The position numbers and the translations under genes are program-made. Below, piece after piece: positions 27,686 to 40,320 of a stretch of 64,000 bases of DNA. The DNA is from Balanoglossus misakiensis (taxonomy: Eukaryota > Animalia > Hemichordata), in contig CM082576.2 of NCBI GenBank assembly GCA_040954595.2, positions 20,073,028-20,137,027 on the forward strand. Direction: 5' to 3'. Numbering within the stretch: the stretch's first letter is position 1; each line of letters opens with the position of its first letter. The notes under the pieces are model-generated. The model did no database searches. It was not told where the DNA came from and was given only the letters and a program-made list of their open reading frames with translations.

Positions 27686-30600
27686 CTGTGACGGAGATTT
27701 AGCCGAGCCAGGCCGTAGAAAAATCGACTTGTTCAACGTTACCATTTGTGCAACTGTTTCTGCTCTAGAGTGTCAGGGTTTTAGCTGACTTATGCTGTAG
27801 GAAATCTGAGTTGATGAACGGAAATTCATTGTCAGAAAACCCGTGTGGAAAGTATCTCTACCCGTTTGAAACTAAGAAAAGAATTTATTCTTATTTATTT
27901 TGTAAAAAAGACGATATTTCGAAAAAAAGTCGAAAATGGTAGTTTTGTCTTGGGTGATTCAAATTATACCGCCTTTTCTGGAATTTGCAGCACTTTTTAC
28001 AAGAGAACGACACTTCATGCTCCATAATATTTCCGAAAATGAAGAAAAGAGTTAATTTTTTATGATTTTTTAAAAAATTACCATTTTTGTCAAAATATGG
28101 CCAAAATGGCTATTTTATCTTGAATTCCGTCAATATCTCTGCATGTTTGGAGTGGTCGAAAGTTTTAACATACAATCAACATGTCATATATGATCAGGGC
28201 ACCAAATTCGAAGAACAAAGGTTTTATTCATTTTTTTTTCTAAAAATGACATTTTCAAGGAAAATTTGGTAAAACGCAATTTTGTCTGCAGTGAGCCAAA
28301 TTAGACGGTCTTTTGTGGAATTTGTATCGATATATACATACGAAGAGCATTCTATACTCCATCAGATTTCCGAAAATGTAGAAAACATGTATTTTTTGTA
28401 ATTTTCAAAAATTTACCATTTTGACCAAATTGTGGCTAAAATTGTTATTTCCGTGTTGAATGCCGCCAGTGTCACTGCTTTTAAAAGTCATAAAAACTTG
28501 TAACATACAAGCAATTGTTTATATATGATCAGGTCACCGAATTAAAAAAATAAAGAATGTTTTGCCTAAAAATGACCTTTTTGGTGCAAAAACGAATAAA
28601 ACGCAATTTTGTATTAAATCAGCTCATTCAGAGTGCATTTTTTAGAATCAGCACCATTTTTACATCATCAGATATCAAAATATGAAAAAATGATTTAGAT
28701 TTTAGATGATTGTCCAAAATTAGCTGATATGTAATAAATGTAGTATTGAACCGTTCTGTCACCCCCCCCCTACATTATATGCGGTACGCCGATGTCAGCT
28801 TACCCGGCAGTACTGAAGGCCGTGCCCCCAACTAACGTCGGTGTTTGAAACGCCCTGGTTAAATTCGGGCTCTCTCTATAAATTGACAGGCAATAATGCA
28901 GTCCTACCCGAACAAATGTCGAGTGTTGACCCGCTGTGACTTTCCCTCTTCGGTTTGCCCGACTTAGCCATCGTCTTTGTACTAGAGTGTCGGGTCTTTT
29001 GCAGAGCCAGGCCGAAAGAAATCCGACTTGATCACCGTTGCTAACGAACGCTAGTGTCTGTCATGGTGTGCCGGGGTTTTAGTCGAGCCAGGCCGTAGGA
29101 GATCTGACTTGATCATCGTGGTCAATGTACGCGTGTTTCCGCTCTAAAGCGCCGGTGCTTCAGCTAAACCAGGCCGTAGGAAATCCGACGTAATCACCGT
29201 TGATAACTTACGCCAGTCTGTGTCATATAGAGCCGGTGCACCAGCCGAGTCACGCCGTAGGAAATCTGACTTGATCAACGTGGTCAATGTACGCCTGTTT
29301 CTGCTCTAGAGTGCCGGGGCTTCAGCTGAGCCAGGCCGTAGGAAACCCGACGTGATTACCGTTGTTAACTTACGCCAGTCTGTGTCCTATATATAGTGCC
29401 GGGGCATCAGCCGTGCCAGGCCGAAGGAAATGTGAGTAGATCAACGTGGTCTCTGTACGCGTGTTTCTGCTCTAGAGTGCCAGGGCTTTAGCCAAGCCAT
29501 GCCGTAGGAAATCTGACTTGATCAACGTTGCTAACGAACGCTAGTGTCTGTCATAGTGTGCCGGGGTTTTAGTCGAGCCAAGCCGTAGGAGATCAGACTT
29601 GATCAACGTGGTCTCTGTACGCGTGTTTCTGCTCTAGAGTGCCGGGGCTTTATCCAAGCCATGCTGTAGAAAATCTGACTTGATCACCGTTGCTAACGTA
29701 CGCTAGTGTCTGTCATATTGTGACGGAGATTTAGCCGAGCCAGGCCGTAAAAAAATCGACTTGTTCAACGTTATCAGTGTGCAACTGTTTCTGCTCTAGA
29801 GTGTCAGGGTTGTAGCCGATTTATGCTGTAGGAAATCAGAGTTGATGAACGGGAATTCAATGTTAGAAAACCCGTGTGGAAAGTATCTCTACCCGTTTGA
29901 AACTAAGAAAAGAATTTATTCTTATTTATTTTGTAAAAAAGACAATTTTTCGAAAAAAAGGCGAAAATGGTAATTTTGTCTTGGGTGATTCAAATTATAC
30001 CACCTTTTCTGGAATATGCAGCACTTTTTACAAGAGAACGACACTTCATGCTCCATAATATTTCCGAAAATGAAGAAAAGAGTTAATTTTTTATGATTTT
30101 TTAAAAATTTACCATTTTATTCAAAATATGGCCAAAATGGCTATTTTATCTTGAATTCCGTCAATATCTCTGCATTTTTGGAGTGGTCGAAAGTTTTAAC
30201 ATACAATCAACATGTCATATATGATCGGGGCACCAAATTCAAAGAACAAAGGTTTTTTTATTTTTTTTCTAAAAATGATATTTTCAAGGAATATTTGGTA
30301 AAACGCAATTTTGTCTGCAGTGAGCCAAATTAGACGGTCTTTTGTGGAATTTGTATCGATATATACATACGAAGAGCATTCTATACTCCATCAGATTTCC
30401 GAAAATGTAGAAAACAGGTATTTTTTGTAATTTTGAAAAATTTTCCATTTTGACCAAATTGTGGCTAAAATTGTTATTTTCGTGTTGAATGCCGCCAGTG
30501 TCACTGCTTTTAAAAGTCATAAAAACTTTTAACATACAAGCAATTCTTTACATATGATCAGGTCACCGAATTAAAAAAATAAAGAATGTTTTGCCTAAAA

Positions 30601-33600
30601 ATGACCTTTTAGGTGCAAAAACGAATAAAACGTAATTTTGTATTAAATCAGCTCATTCAGAGTGCATTTTTTATAATCAGCACCATTTTTACATATAATG
30701 GAAATTTCATACATCATCAGATATCCAAATATGAAAAAATGATTTAGATTTTAGATGATTGTCCAAAATTAGCTGATATCTAATAAATGTAGTATTGAAC
30801 CGTTCTGTTTCCCCCCCCCCCCCTACATTATATGCGGTACGCCGATGTCAGCTTACCAGGCAGTACTGCAGGCCGTGCCCCCAACTAACGTCGGTGTTTG
30901 AAACGCCCTGGTTAAATTCGGGCTTTCTCTATAAATTGACAGGCAATAATGTAGTCCTACCCGAACAAATGTCGAGTGTTGACCCGCTGTGACTTTCCCT
31001 CTTCGTTTGGCCCGACTTAGCCAACGTCTTTGTACTAGAGTGTCGGGTCTTTTGCCGAGCCAGGCCGAAGGAAATCCGACTTGATCACCGTTGCTAACGA
31101 ACGCTAGTGTCTGTCATGGTGTGCCGGGGTTTTAGTCGAGCCAGGCCGTAGGAGATCTGACTTGATCATCGTGGTCAATGTACGCGTGTTTCCGCTCTTA
31201 AGTGCCGGGGCTTCAGCTAAACCAGACCGTAGGAAATCCGACGTAATCACCGTTGATAACTTACGCCAGTCTGTGTCATATAGAGCCGGTGCACCAGCCG
31301 AGTCACGCCGTAGGAAATCTGACTTGATCAACGTGGTCAATGTAAGCCTGTTTCTGTTCTAGAGTGCCGGGGCTTCAGCTGAGCCAGGCCGTAGGAAACC
31401 CGACGTGATTACCGTTGTTAACTTACGCCAGTCTGTGTCCTATATATAGTGCCGGGGCATCAGCCGTGCCAGGCCGAAGGAAATGTGAGTAGATCAACGT
31501 GTTCTCTGTACGCGTGTTTCTGCTCTAGAGTGCCAGGGCTTTAGCCAAGCCATGCCGTAGGAAATATGACTTGATCAACGTTGCTAACGAACGCTAGTGT
31601 CTGTCATAGTGTGCCGGGGTTTTAGTCGAGCCAAGCCGTAGGAGATCTGACTTGATCATCGTGGTCAATGTACGCGTGTTTCCGCTCTAAAGTGCCGGGG
31701 CTTCAGCTAAACCAGACCGTAGGAAATCCGACGTAATCACCGTTGATAACTTACGCCAGTCTGTGTCATATAGAGCCGGTGCACCAGCCGAGTCACGCCG
31801 TAGGAAATCTGACTTGATCAACGTGGTCAATGTAAGCCTGTTTCTGCTCTAGAGTGCCGGGGCTTCAGCTGAGCCAGGCCGTAGGAAACCCGACGTGATT
31901 ACAGTTGTTAACTTACGCCAGTCTGTGTCAGGCCGTAGGAAACCCGACGTGATTACCGTTGTTAACTTACGGCAGTCTGTGTCCTATATATAGTGCCGGG
32001 GCATCAGCCGTGCCAGGCCGAAGGAAATGTGAGTAGATCAACGTGGTCTCTGTACGCGTGTTTCTGCTCTAGAGTGTCAGGGCTTTAGCAAAGCCATGCC
32101 GTAGGAAATCTGACTTGATCAACGTTGCTAACGAACGCTAGTGTCTGTCATAGTGTGCCGGGGTTTTAGTCGAGCCAAGCCGTAGGAGAGCAGACTTGAT
32201 CAACGTGGTCTCTGTACGCGTGTTTCTGCTCTAGAGTGCCGGGGCTTTATCCAAGCCATGCCGTTGAAAATCTGACTTGATCACCGTTGCTAACGTACGC
32301 TAGTGTCTGTCATATTGTGACGGAGATTTAGCCGAGCGAGGCCGTAGAAAAATCGACTCGTTCAACGTTACCAGTGTGCAACTGTTTCTGCTCTAGAGTG
32401 TCAGGGTTTTAGCCGACTTATGCTGTAGGAAATCTGAGTTGATGAACGGGAATTCAATGTTAGAAAACCCGTGTGGAAAGTATCTCTACCTGTTTGAAAC
32501 TAAGAAAAGAATTTATTCTTATGTATTTCGTAAAAAAGACAATTTTTCGAAAAAAAGTCGAAAATGGTAATTTTGTCTTGGGTGATTCAAATTATACCAC
32601 CTTTTCTGGAATTTGCAGCACTTTTTACAAGAGAACGACACTTCATGCTCCATAATATTTCCGAAAATGAAGAAAAGAGTTTATTTTTTAAGATTTTTTA
32701 AAAATGTACCGTTTTTGTCAAAATATGGCCAAATGGCTATTTTTTCTTGAATTCCGTCAATATCTCTGCATTTTTGGAGTGGTCGCAAGTTTTAACATAC
32801 AATCAACATGTCATATATGATCAGGGCACCAAATTCGAAGAAAAAGTTTTTTTTTAGTTTTTTTTCTAAAAATGACATTTTCAAGGAAAATTTGGTAAAA
32901 AGCAATTTTGTCTGCAGTGAGCCAAATTAGACGGTCTTTTGTGGAATTTGTATCGATATATACATACGAAGAGCATTCTATACTCCATCAGATTTCCGAA
33001 AATGTAGAAAACAGGTATTTTTTGTAATTTTCAAAAATTTACCATTTTGACCAAATTGTGGCTAAAATTGTTATTTTCGTGTTGAATGCCGCCAGTGTCA
33101 CTGCTTTTAAAAGTCATAAAAACTTTAAACATACAAGCAATTGTTTATATATGATCAGGTCACCGAATTAAAAAAAATAAAACTGTTTTGCCTAAAAATG
33201 ACCTTTTTGGTGCAAAAACGAATAAAACGCAATTTTGTATTAAATCAGCTCATTCAGAGTGCATTTTTTATAATCAGCACCATTTTTACATATAATGGAA
33301 ATTTCATACATCATCAGATATCCAAATATGAAAAAATGATTTAGATTTTAGATGATTGTCCAAAATTAGCTGATATCTAATAAATGTAGTGTTGAACCGT
33401 TCTGTTCCCCCCCCCCCCCTACATTATATGCGGTACGCCGATGTCAGCTTACCCGGCAGTACTGCAGGCCGTGCCCCCAACTAACGTCGGTGTTTGAAAC
33501 GCCCTGGTTAAATTCGGGCTTTCTCTATAAATTGACAGGCAATAATGCAGTCCTACCCGAACAAATGTCAAGTGTTGACCCGCTGTGACTCTCCCTCTTC

Positions 33601-33865
33601 GGTTTGCCCGACTTAGCCAACGTCTTTGTACTAGAGTGTCGGGTCTTTTGCAGAGCCAGGCCGAAGGAAATCCGACTTGACCACCGTTGCTAACGAACGC
33701 TAGTGTCTGTCATGGTGTGCCGGGGTTTTAGTCGAGCCAGGCCGTAGGAGATCTGACTTGATCATCGTGGTCAATGTACGCGTGTTTCCGCTCTAAAGTG
33801 CCGGGGCTTAAGCTAAACCAGGCCGTAGGAAATCCGACGTAATCACCGTTGATAACTTACGCCAG

Positions 33866-33867
<2 letters not shown>

Positions 33868-33905
<38 letters not shown>
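33868..33905 (-). repeat. (ATTG)n LINE 3' tail, ~9 units
   Basis: aatc repeats on the + strand abutting the host sequence. Confidence 0.9.
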
Positions 33906-33906
<1 letters not shown>

Positions 33907-34079
33907 TTTATTTCACTTCCAATTTTTTTACATCGAATGGTGAAAAAGAAAATGTACTATTTAAGTGAAAAAGGAGGTAGGAAAAATAGTGCATTCGCAC
34001 TAGTCAAGTCCATCCCCTCATGGTGAACAGTAGAACACTTGGTTAGTAATACATACAAAAGGAAGAAATAAAAGTCAAA

Positions 34080-36027
34080 CTATACTTTTCCTAACAAGGA
34101 TTTCATATGTTTCTTAAATGAAAATTTTGACCTTGTTGAGCGCATATTTTCAGGAAGTTTATTCCAAACCTTTGCTGCAGTGTACTTTATGGAATTTTGG
34201 CCAGCATTACTGTTATATTTCGGAATAAAAAGATCACCTATATCTTTTGATCTGGTATGATAAGAGTGTTGAATAGGAACGAAATACTCTGAGAATCCTG
34301 GTGGAAGCTTGCCATTAAGAGCATCATGAACAAACAAGGACAGTTGAAGATCACGTTGCTTGTATACATTCAAAATATGTAACTCATTAAACAATGGTGA
34401 AGAGTGTGCAAGACGGTCTGATCCCGCCAATACACGTACAATTCTTTTCTGTGTAACAAGTATTGGCCTCAAAAAAGATAAATAAGTATTTCCCCAAGTT
34501 TCTATAGCATAGGAAATGTGTGGGAGGATAAAACAATTGTACAATAGTATAAGAATATGTCGTGGGACAACATCCCTTAACCTATACAGAATACCAGTCT
34601 TCATACTATTCGTTCTGTTTACATTTCTAATGTGATGTTTCCATGTTAACTTATTGTCTATTTCTACACCGATATACTTAGTTGTTTGTACTTCGTCTAT
34701 TGTTACCCCTTTAACATCAATTTCTCCTGTTGTCTCTACTGACACGTTCTTACCTCTAAAAATAACATATTCAGTTTTCTTTGAGTGTACAGTTAATTTG
34801 TTGGCATCACACCAGTTTATAACATTTTTCAATTGTGAATTAACTTCTGAGAGATCTATTATATTTCTTGGATTAAATGTATGAAATAGACTGGTATCGT
34901 CTGCAAATAGACGCGTGTCAAAATACCTTGCTGCCCCTGTTATATCATTTACATAGATGAGAAAAAGTGTTGGACCCAGCACAGAACCTTGTGGAACTCC
35001 ACAGGATATTTGTAATTCATCTGATCGTACCCCATTTACATTTACATGTTGCCTTCTGTTGGTCAAATAGCTTCTAAAAAGATTTTTAGGGAGTCCCCTA
35101 ACACCATAATTGTCCAGTTTGTCTATCAAAATGTCATGATTCGCGGTGTCAAATGCTTTCTTCAAGTCAAGAAATATCCCGATAACCTTATTTCCCATAT
35201 CAATTTCGTCCAGAATTTTCTGTGCTAGTTCCACAATTGCCAATTTAGTACTATAATTCTCTCTGAAGCCATACTGGTAAGGGTACAGTAAATCAAATTT
35301 GTTAAAATAGGAAATAATTTGCTTATTAATAAGTTTTTCAAAAATTTTACTAATTTGTGGCAATACAGACACTGGTCTAAAATTACCTGGATCAGTCGTC
35401 TCTCCTTTTTTGAAGATAGGAGTCACTTTTGCTATTTTTAAGGAATCTGGGAAAATTCAAGTTGTGATCGTTAAATTGATAATATAACTAAGAGGCTTAG
35501 AAATATATAATGCTGCATTGATTAACAATTTTGGGCTAATGTAGTCATAACCCACTGCCTTCCGCGTATCTAATGCTTGAAGTAATTTAAAAACTTCTTG
35601 TTCAGAGGTTCCTTGAAGAAAAAAAGAATGCAATGTACAATGTGATAAGTATAACAAGTAACTTTTGTTTGAATGAGTTATACTACTAGCAAGAGCCTCT
35701 CCAATTTAGACAAAAAACTCATTAAACCCATTGACAATGTCACAATGGGTGATCAGGGTAGTCTGCCGACCAGCTGAAGACATTTGTAAACTACTTGGTA
35801 GATTTACATGTTTACCACCACCCCTCAAAATATCATTAATAATTTTCTATGTCTTACTAGTATCTGCTTGATAGTATGTAAACTGGTCAGAATAATAATC
35901 TTGCTTAGCCTTTTTCAGAATATTTGTAAGCATGTTCCGGTAGCATTTGTATTTTGTAAAGACGTCTGGCCGATAATTAGTTTTTAAGACATTTGAGTAG
36001 AGCTTGTGTTTCTGGTCAATTGATTGT
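34080..36027 (-). pseudogene. LINE ORF2 reverse transcriptase portion (open 34080-35426; broken upstream)
   Basis: NFRPVSVLP, QYGFR, FLDLKKAFD, GVPQGSVLGPTLF, LFADDT and KYIGV motifs. The upstream linker (35427-36027) is split across frames by a stop and frameshifts. Confidence 0.92.
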
Positions 36028-37777
36028 TTAGGTCCCATTGGTATAGGCCTATATACCATGGGACCTTATGGGATGGGTTGCGTCTGTATGTATGTATGGA
36101 TGGATGGATGGATGGATGTATGTATGTCTGTATGTCCGTCCACATCAAAAACTTGAAAACCGCTGCGCGTATCACCTCAATATTTGGTGTGTAGGTGCAG
36201 GCAGGGCTGTAGATGGGAGTTTGTCCAAACGAAGTTGCCAGGCCCAAAAATATGCAAATATGCTTGTAAAATGTGAAATTGATCAAAACTCTGTAAGTCA
36301 GCAACTACTGGTCAGATTGCTTTGAAAATTGGTATGTATGTACCTTATGTCAACCTCACACCGACCTGTAAGTGTTAAGTTGATATCATGGATGTTTTAT
36401 TTTTTATGAATTTTTTAGTCTTTTTATTAAATTTATACCTTTACTTATACCTCTATGGTTAAGCTATGTCCACGTCTTATTGTGGAATTCTGGTCTGTGC
36501 AATAGTCCTGTACAGTGACTGTCTATTGGTCAGTGAGCACAATGGGGCCAAAATAAAAGGCACATTTTTGGGCTCACCTGTAACACCTTCTTAACACATT
36601 AATTATGTGCATACCTAATTCCGGGCTAACTAATAGGGCTAGAGGTTTCGTTCTTGTGGGACATGGACCAGTATAGGGTCAAAATTTTTTGCCCAAATTT
36701 TGGGTGACCTCAGGTGACCTTTGACCTACTTTCCTATATCTCGGCATCCAGAGCAGGTACAGACTTGGCGTTTGGAGGGTTGGGACTAAAATTGAAAAGC
36801 CAAAATATGGGTCACCAGTGACACCTGCATATCTCATTAATTATGTGCATACCTAATTCCAGGCTAACCAATAGGGCTATAGGTTTGGTTTTTGTTGAAC
36901 ATGGACCAGTATAGGGTCAAAATTTCTTGCCCAAATTTTGCATGACCTCAGGTGACCTTTGACCTACTTTTCCATATCTTGGCATCCAGAGCAGGTACAG
37001 ACTTGGCGTTTGGAGGATTGGCACTAAAATTGAAAAGCCAAAATTGGGGGTCACCTGTGACACCTGCATATCTTATTAATTATGTGCATACCTAATTCCA
37101 GGCTAATCAATAAGGCTATAGGTTTGGTTTTTGTTGAACATGGACCAGTATAGGGTCAAAATTTCTTGCCCAAATTTTTGCATGACCTTAGGTGACCTTT
37201 GACCTACTTTACCATATCTTGGCATCCAGAGCAGGTACAGACTTGGCGTTTGGAGGGTTGGCACTAAAATTGAAAAGCCAAAATTGGGGGTCACCTGTGA
37301 CACCTGCATATCTCATTAATTATGTGCATACCTAATTCCAGGCTAACCAATAAGGCTATAGGTTTGGTTATTATTGAACATGGACCAGTATAAGGTCAAA
37401 ATTTCTTGCCCAAATTTTGCATGACCTCAGGTGACCTTTGACCTACTTTATCATATCTTGGCATCCAGAGCAGGTAGACTTCGCGTTTGGAGGGTTGGGA
37501 CTAAAATTGAAAAGCCAAAATTGGGGGTCACCTATGACACCTGCATATCTCATTAATTATGTGCATACCTAATTACAGGCTAACCAATAGGGCTATAGGT
37601 TTGGTTTTTGTTGAACATGGACCAGTATAGGGTCAAAATTTCTTGCCCAAATTTTGCATGACCTCATGTGACCTTTGACCTACTTTTCCATATCTTTGCA
37701 TCCAGAGCAGATATGCTTATTGCTATGTTGCTATGTGCTATGTCCTCAAATAGGACCACAGTGTCCTTGACGCTATT
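36028..37777 (+). mobile_element. HINE-like element family A, copy 2, inserted in LINE ORF2
   Basis: Reverse complement of 4660-6504, with the same termini (ttaggtcccattggtataggcctatataccatgggacc ... ggaccacagtgtccttgacgctatt). It sits in a T-run. Removing it restores the LINE peptide WITAGIK|QSIDQKHKLY. Confidence 0.88.
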
Positions 37778-37780
37778 TTT

Positions 37781-38707
37781 TATTCCAGCAGTTATCCATG
37801 GTTTCCGTATTTTTCTTTTTGAACTAAGCTTTTTAGAAAGCAGTGGAGCATGCTTATTACAAATATTCGAGAAAATGGTTAAAAACGAGTCATATGCTGT
37901 ATTAGCATCAGTACTCTCATACACAGCTGCCCAATTGACACTACTTAACTCATCTTGAAATAAACCTATATTAAAATTACGGTAGTCCCTGAAGGTAACA
38001 CTCTTTGGTTTTTGGAAATAAATACGAAGATCCTCAAAGATGGCAAATATAGGCAAATGGTCAGCAAGATGAACATCAATAGTTCCACAATTAACAAAAT
38101 GACTATGTATATTTGTATAAATATGATCAATAACCGTTCTTGAATGATCTGATATATGTGTTGGCACAGTGATCATCTGAGTTAGGTTAAAAGAAGACAT
38201 ACTATTATTAAGATCAACCGTTTCATATGCATTTAAATCAGACGCATTTACATTAAAGTCACCCACAAGTATGCACTGCATCATCTTGCGGTCAATATCA
38301 GTCAATACAGATTCAAGACTTTCAAGGAATTCGCCTATATTAGTGTTTGGTTTCCTATACACTACTCCAAGAATGAGCGATTTCTTCTTCGGCAAGTCAA
38401 ATTTGAGCCAGATAGATTCAGAATGATTTACAGTCGCTTCAATGGAGGTATAATTCAAAGATGAGTCTATATATGCCCCAACTCCCCCACCCCGCTGGTC
38501 ATTTCGACATTTTCTTTCCAAATGATAGCCTTCTAAACAATAAAGCTCTTTATTTTGAACCTGCCAGATCTCTGATAATGCTATAACTTTGATTTTTGAT
38601 TCATCAAGTGACTCATATAACAATTTAAATTCATGAAAGTTTCGACTGAGGGACCGAATATTACAATGAGATATAGAGAATGTAGAAATAGGTGTATTAC
38701 TAACCAA
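37781..38707 (-). pseudogene. LINE ORF2 APE-type endonuclease portion
   Basis: HCNIRSL, IALSEIW, RGGGVGAYI, GVVYRKP, LVGDFN, IDHIYTN and ADHLPIF motifs. The last ~35 aa of ORF 37664-38707 read into the inserted element. Confidence 0.92.
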
Positions 38708-40320
38708 GTTGCAGAACTCAGTAAGAATATGAATAACATTTCCTATAACAATCAGAGTTTAACAATTGTTCCGCTTCTACAGAAGTCATTGAAATACAAT
38801 AAATCCACAGATTCAGAAAAATAAAATTATTGAACGAATCTATCAACATCTGTGGAGTCGTTTTTTCTTTGTATACGGTTTAATTGACTCTCTGAAAATT
38901 TTTGTTCACCTAGCCACTGTCTACAAAATACATTTGGTGGCCAGAAACTAGACTCAAGCAAAAGCTTAGCCTGGTGAAAGGATACGTTGATTTTAGCAGC
39001 AACAGCGCCTTTGCGTTTACTGGATATGATTCTCGAGTCTGTGTCATATAGAGCCGGTGCACCAGCCGAGTCACGCCGTACGAAATCTGACTTGATCAAC
39101 GTGGTCAATGTACGCCTGTTTCTGCTCTAGAGTGCCGGGGCTTCAGCTGAGCCAGGCCGTAGGAAACCCGACGTGATTACCGTTGTTAACTTACGCCAGT
39201 CTGTGTCCTATATATAGTGCCGGGGCATCAGCCGTGCCAGGCCGAAGGAAATGTGAGTAGATTAACGTGGTCTCTGTACGCGTGTTTCTGCTCTAGAGTG
39301 CCAGGGTTTTAGCCAAGCCAAGCCGTAGGAAATCTGACTTGATCAACGTTGCTAACGAACGCTAGTGTCTGTCATAGTGTGCCGGGGTTTTAGTCGAGCC
39401 AAGCCGTAGGAGATCAGACTTGATCAACGTGGTCTCTGTACGCCTGTTTCTGCTCTAGAGTGCCGGGGCTTCAGCTGAGCCAGGCCGTAGGAAACCCGTC
39501 GTGATTACCGTTGTTAACATACGCCAGTCTGTGTCCTATATATAGTGCCGGGGCATCAGCCGTGCCAGGCCGAAGGAAATGTGAGTAGATCAACGTGGTC
39601 TCTGTAGGCGTGTTTCTGCTCTAGAGTGCCAGGGCTTTAGCCAAGCCATGCCGTAGGAAATCTGACTTGATCAACGTTGCTAACGAACGCTAGTGTCTGT
39701 CATAGTGTGCCGGGGTTTTAGTCGAGCCAAACCGTAGGAGATCAGACTTGATCAACGTGGTCTCTGTACGCGTGTTTCTGCTCTAGAGTGCCGGTGCTTT
39801 ATCCAAGCCATGCCGTAGAAAATCTGACTTGATTACTGTTGCTAACGTACGCTAGTGTTTGTCATATTGTGACGGCGATTTAGCCGAGCCAGGCCGTAGA
39901 AAAATCGACTTGTTCAACGTTACCAGTGTGCAACTGTTTCTGCTCTAGAGTGTCAGGGTTTTAGCCGACTTATGCTGTAGGAAATCTGAGTTGATGAACG
40001 GGAATTCAATGTTAGAAAACCCGTGTGGAAAGTATCTCTACCCGTTTGAAACTAAGAAAAGAATTTATTCTTATTTATTTTGTAAAAAAGACAATATTTC
40101 GAAAAAAGTCGAAAATGGTTATTTTGTCTTGGGTGATTCAAATTATACCGCCTTTTCTGGAATTTGCAGCACTTTTTTCAAGAGAACGACACTTCATGCT
40201 CCATAATATTTCCGAAAATGAAGAAAAGAGTTAATTTTTTATGATTTTTTTAAAAATTTACCATTTTTATCAAAATATGGCCAAAATGGCTATTTTTTCT
40301 TGAATTCCGTCAATATCTCT

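Larger units (their letters stand above)
33868..39035 (-). mobile_element. CR1-group (Crack/Daphne/L2-like) LINE, 5'-truncated within ORF1, interrupted by a HINE-like insertion
   Basis: APE endonuclease and RT on the minus strand, short 3' UTR with AATAAA followed by an (ATTG)n tail. AGTC is duplicated at 33864-67 and 39036-39. The ORF1 C-terminal remnant '...LLESSFWPPNVFCRQW...' lies at 38827-39035. Confidence 0.92.
1..40320. repeat. Compound macrosatellite, basic unit ~2.05 kb, about 11-12 units in the window, interrupted by four insertions
   Basis: The anchor 'gaaccgttctg-poly(C)-tacatta' recurs at about 130, 2686, 6577, 9505, 18402, 20453, 22496, 24552, 28762, 30811 and 33407. Uninterrupted spacings are ~2043-2056 bp, or longer where the 81-bp sub-array is expanded. 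The recurring ORFs 'MESISTRLKLRK...' and 'MNRSV...' only reflect the repeat. The array ends abruptly at 'caatatctct' (40320). Confidence 0.97.

Noticed and set aside
31104-31362. 81-bp (27-codon) array as a repeat-protein gene on either strand
   Set aside because: Recurrent in-frame TAG stops on both strands and a fixed 85-bp monomer that breaks the frame in every unit.
37664-37780. C-terminal extension of the endonuclease ORF as a real fusion protein
   Set aside because: It is read-through into the inserted non-coding element; the LINE frame resumes on the other side of the insertion.
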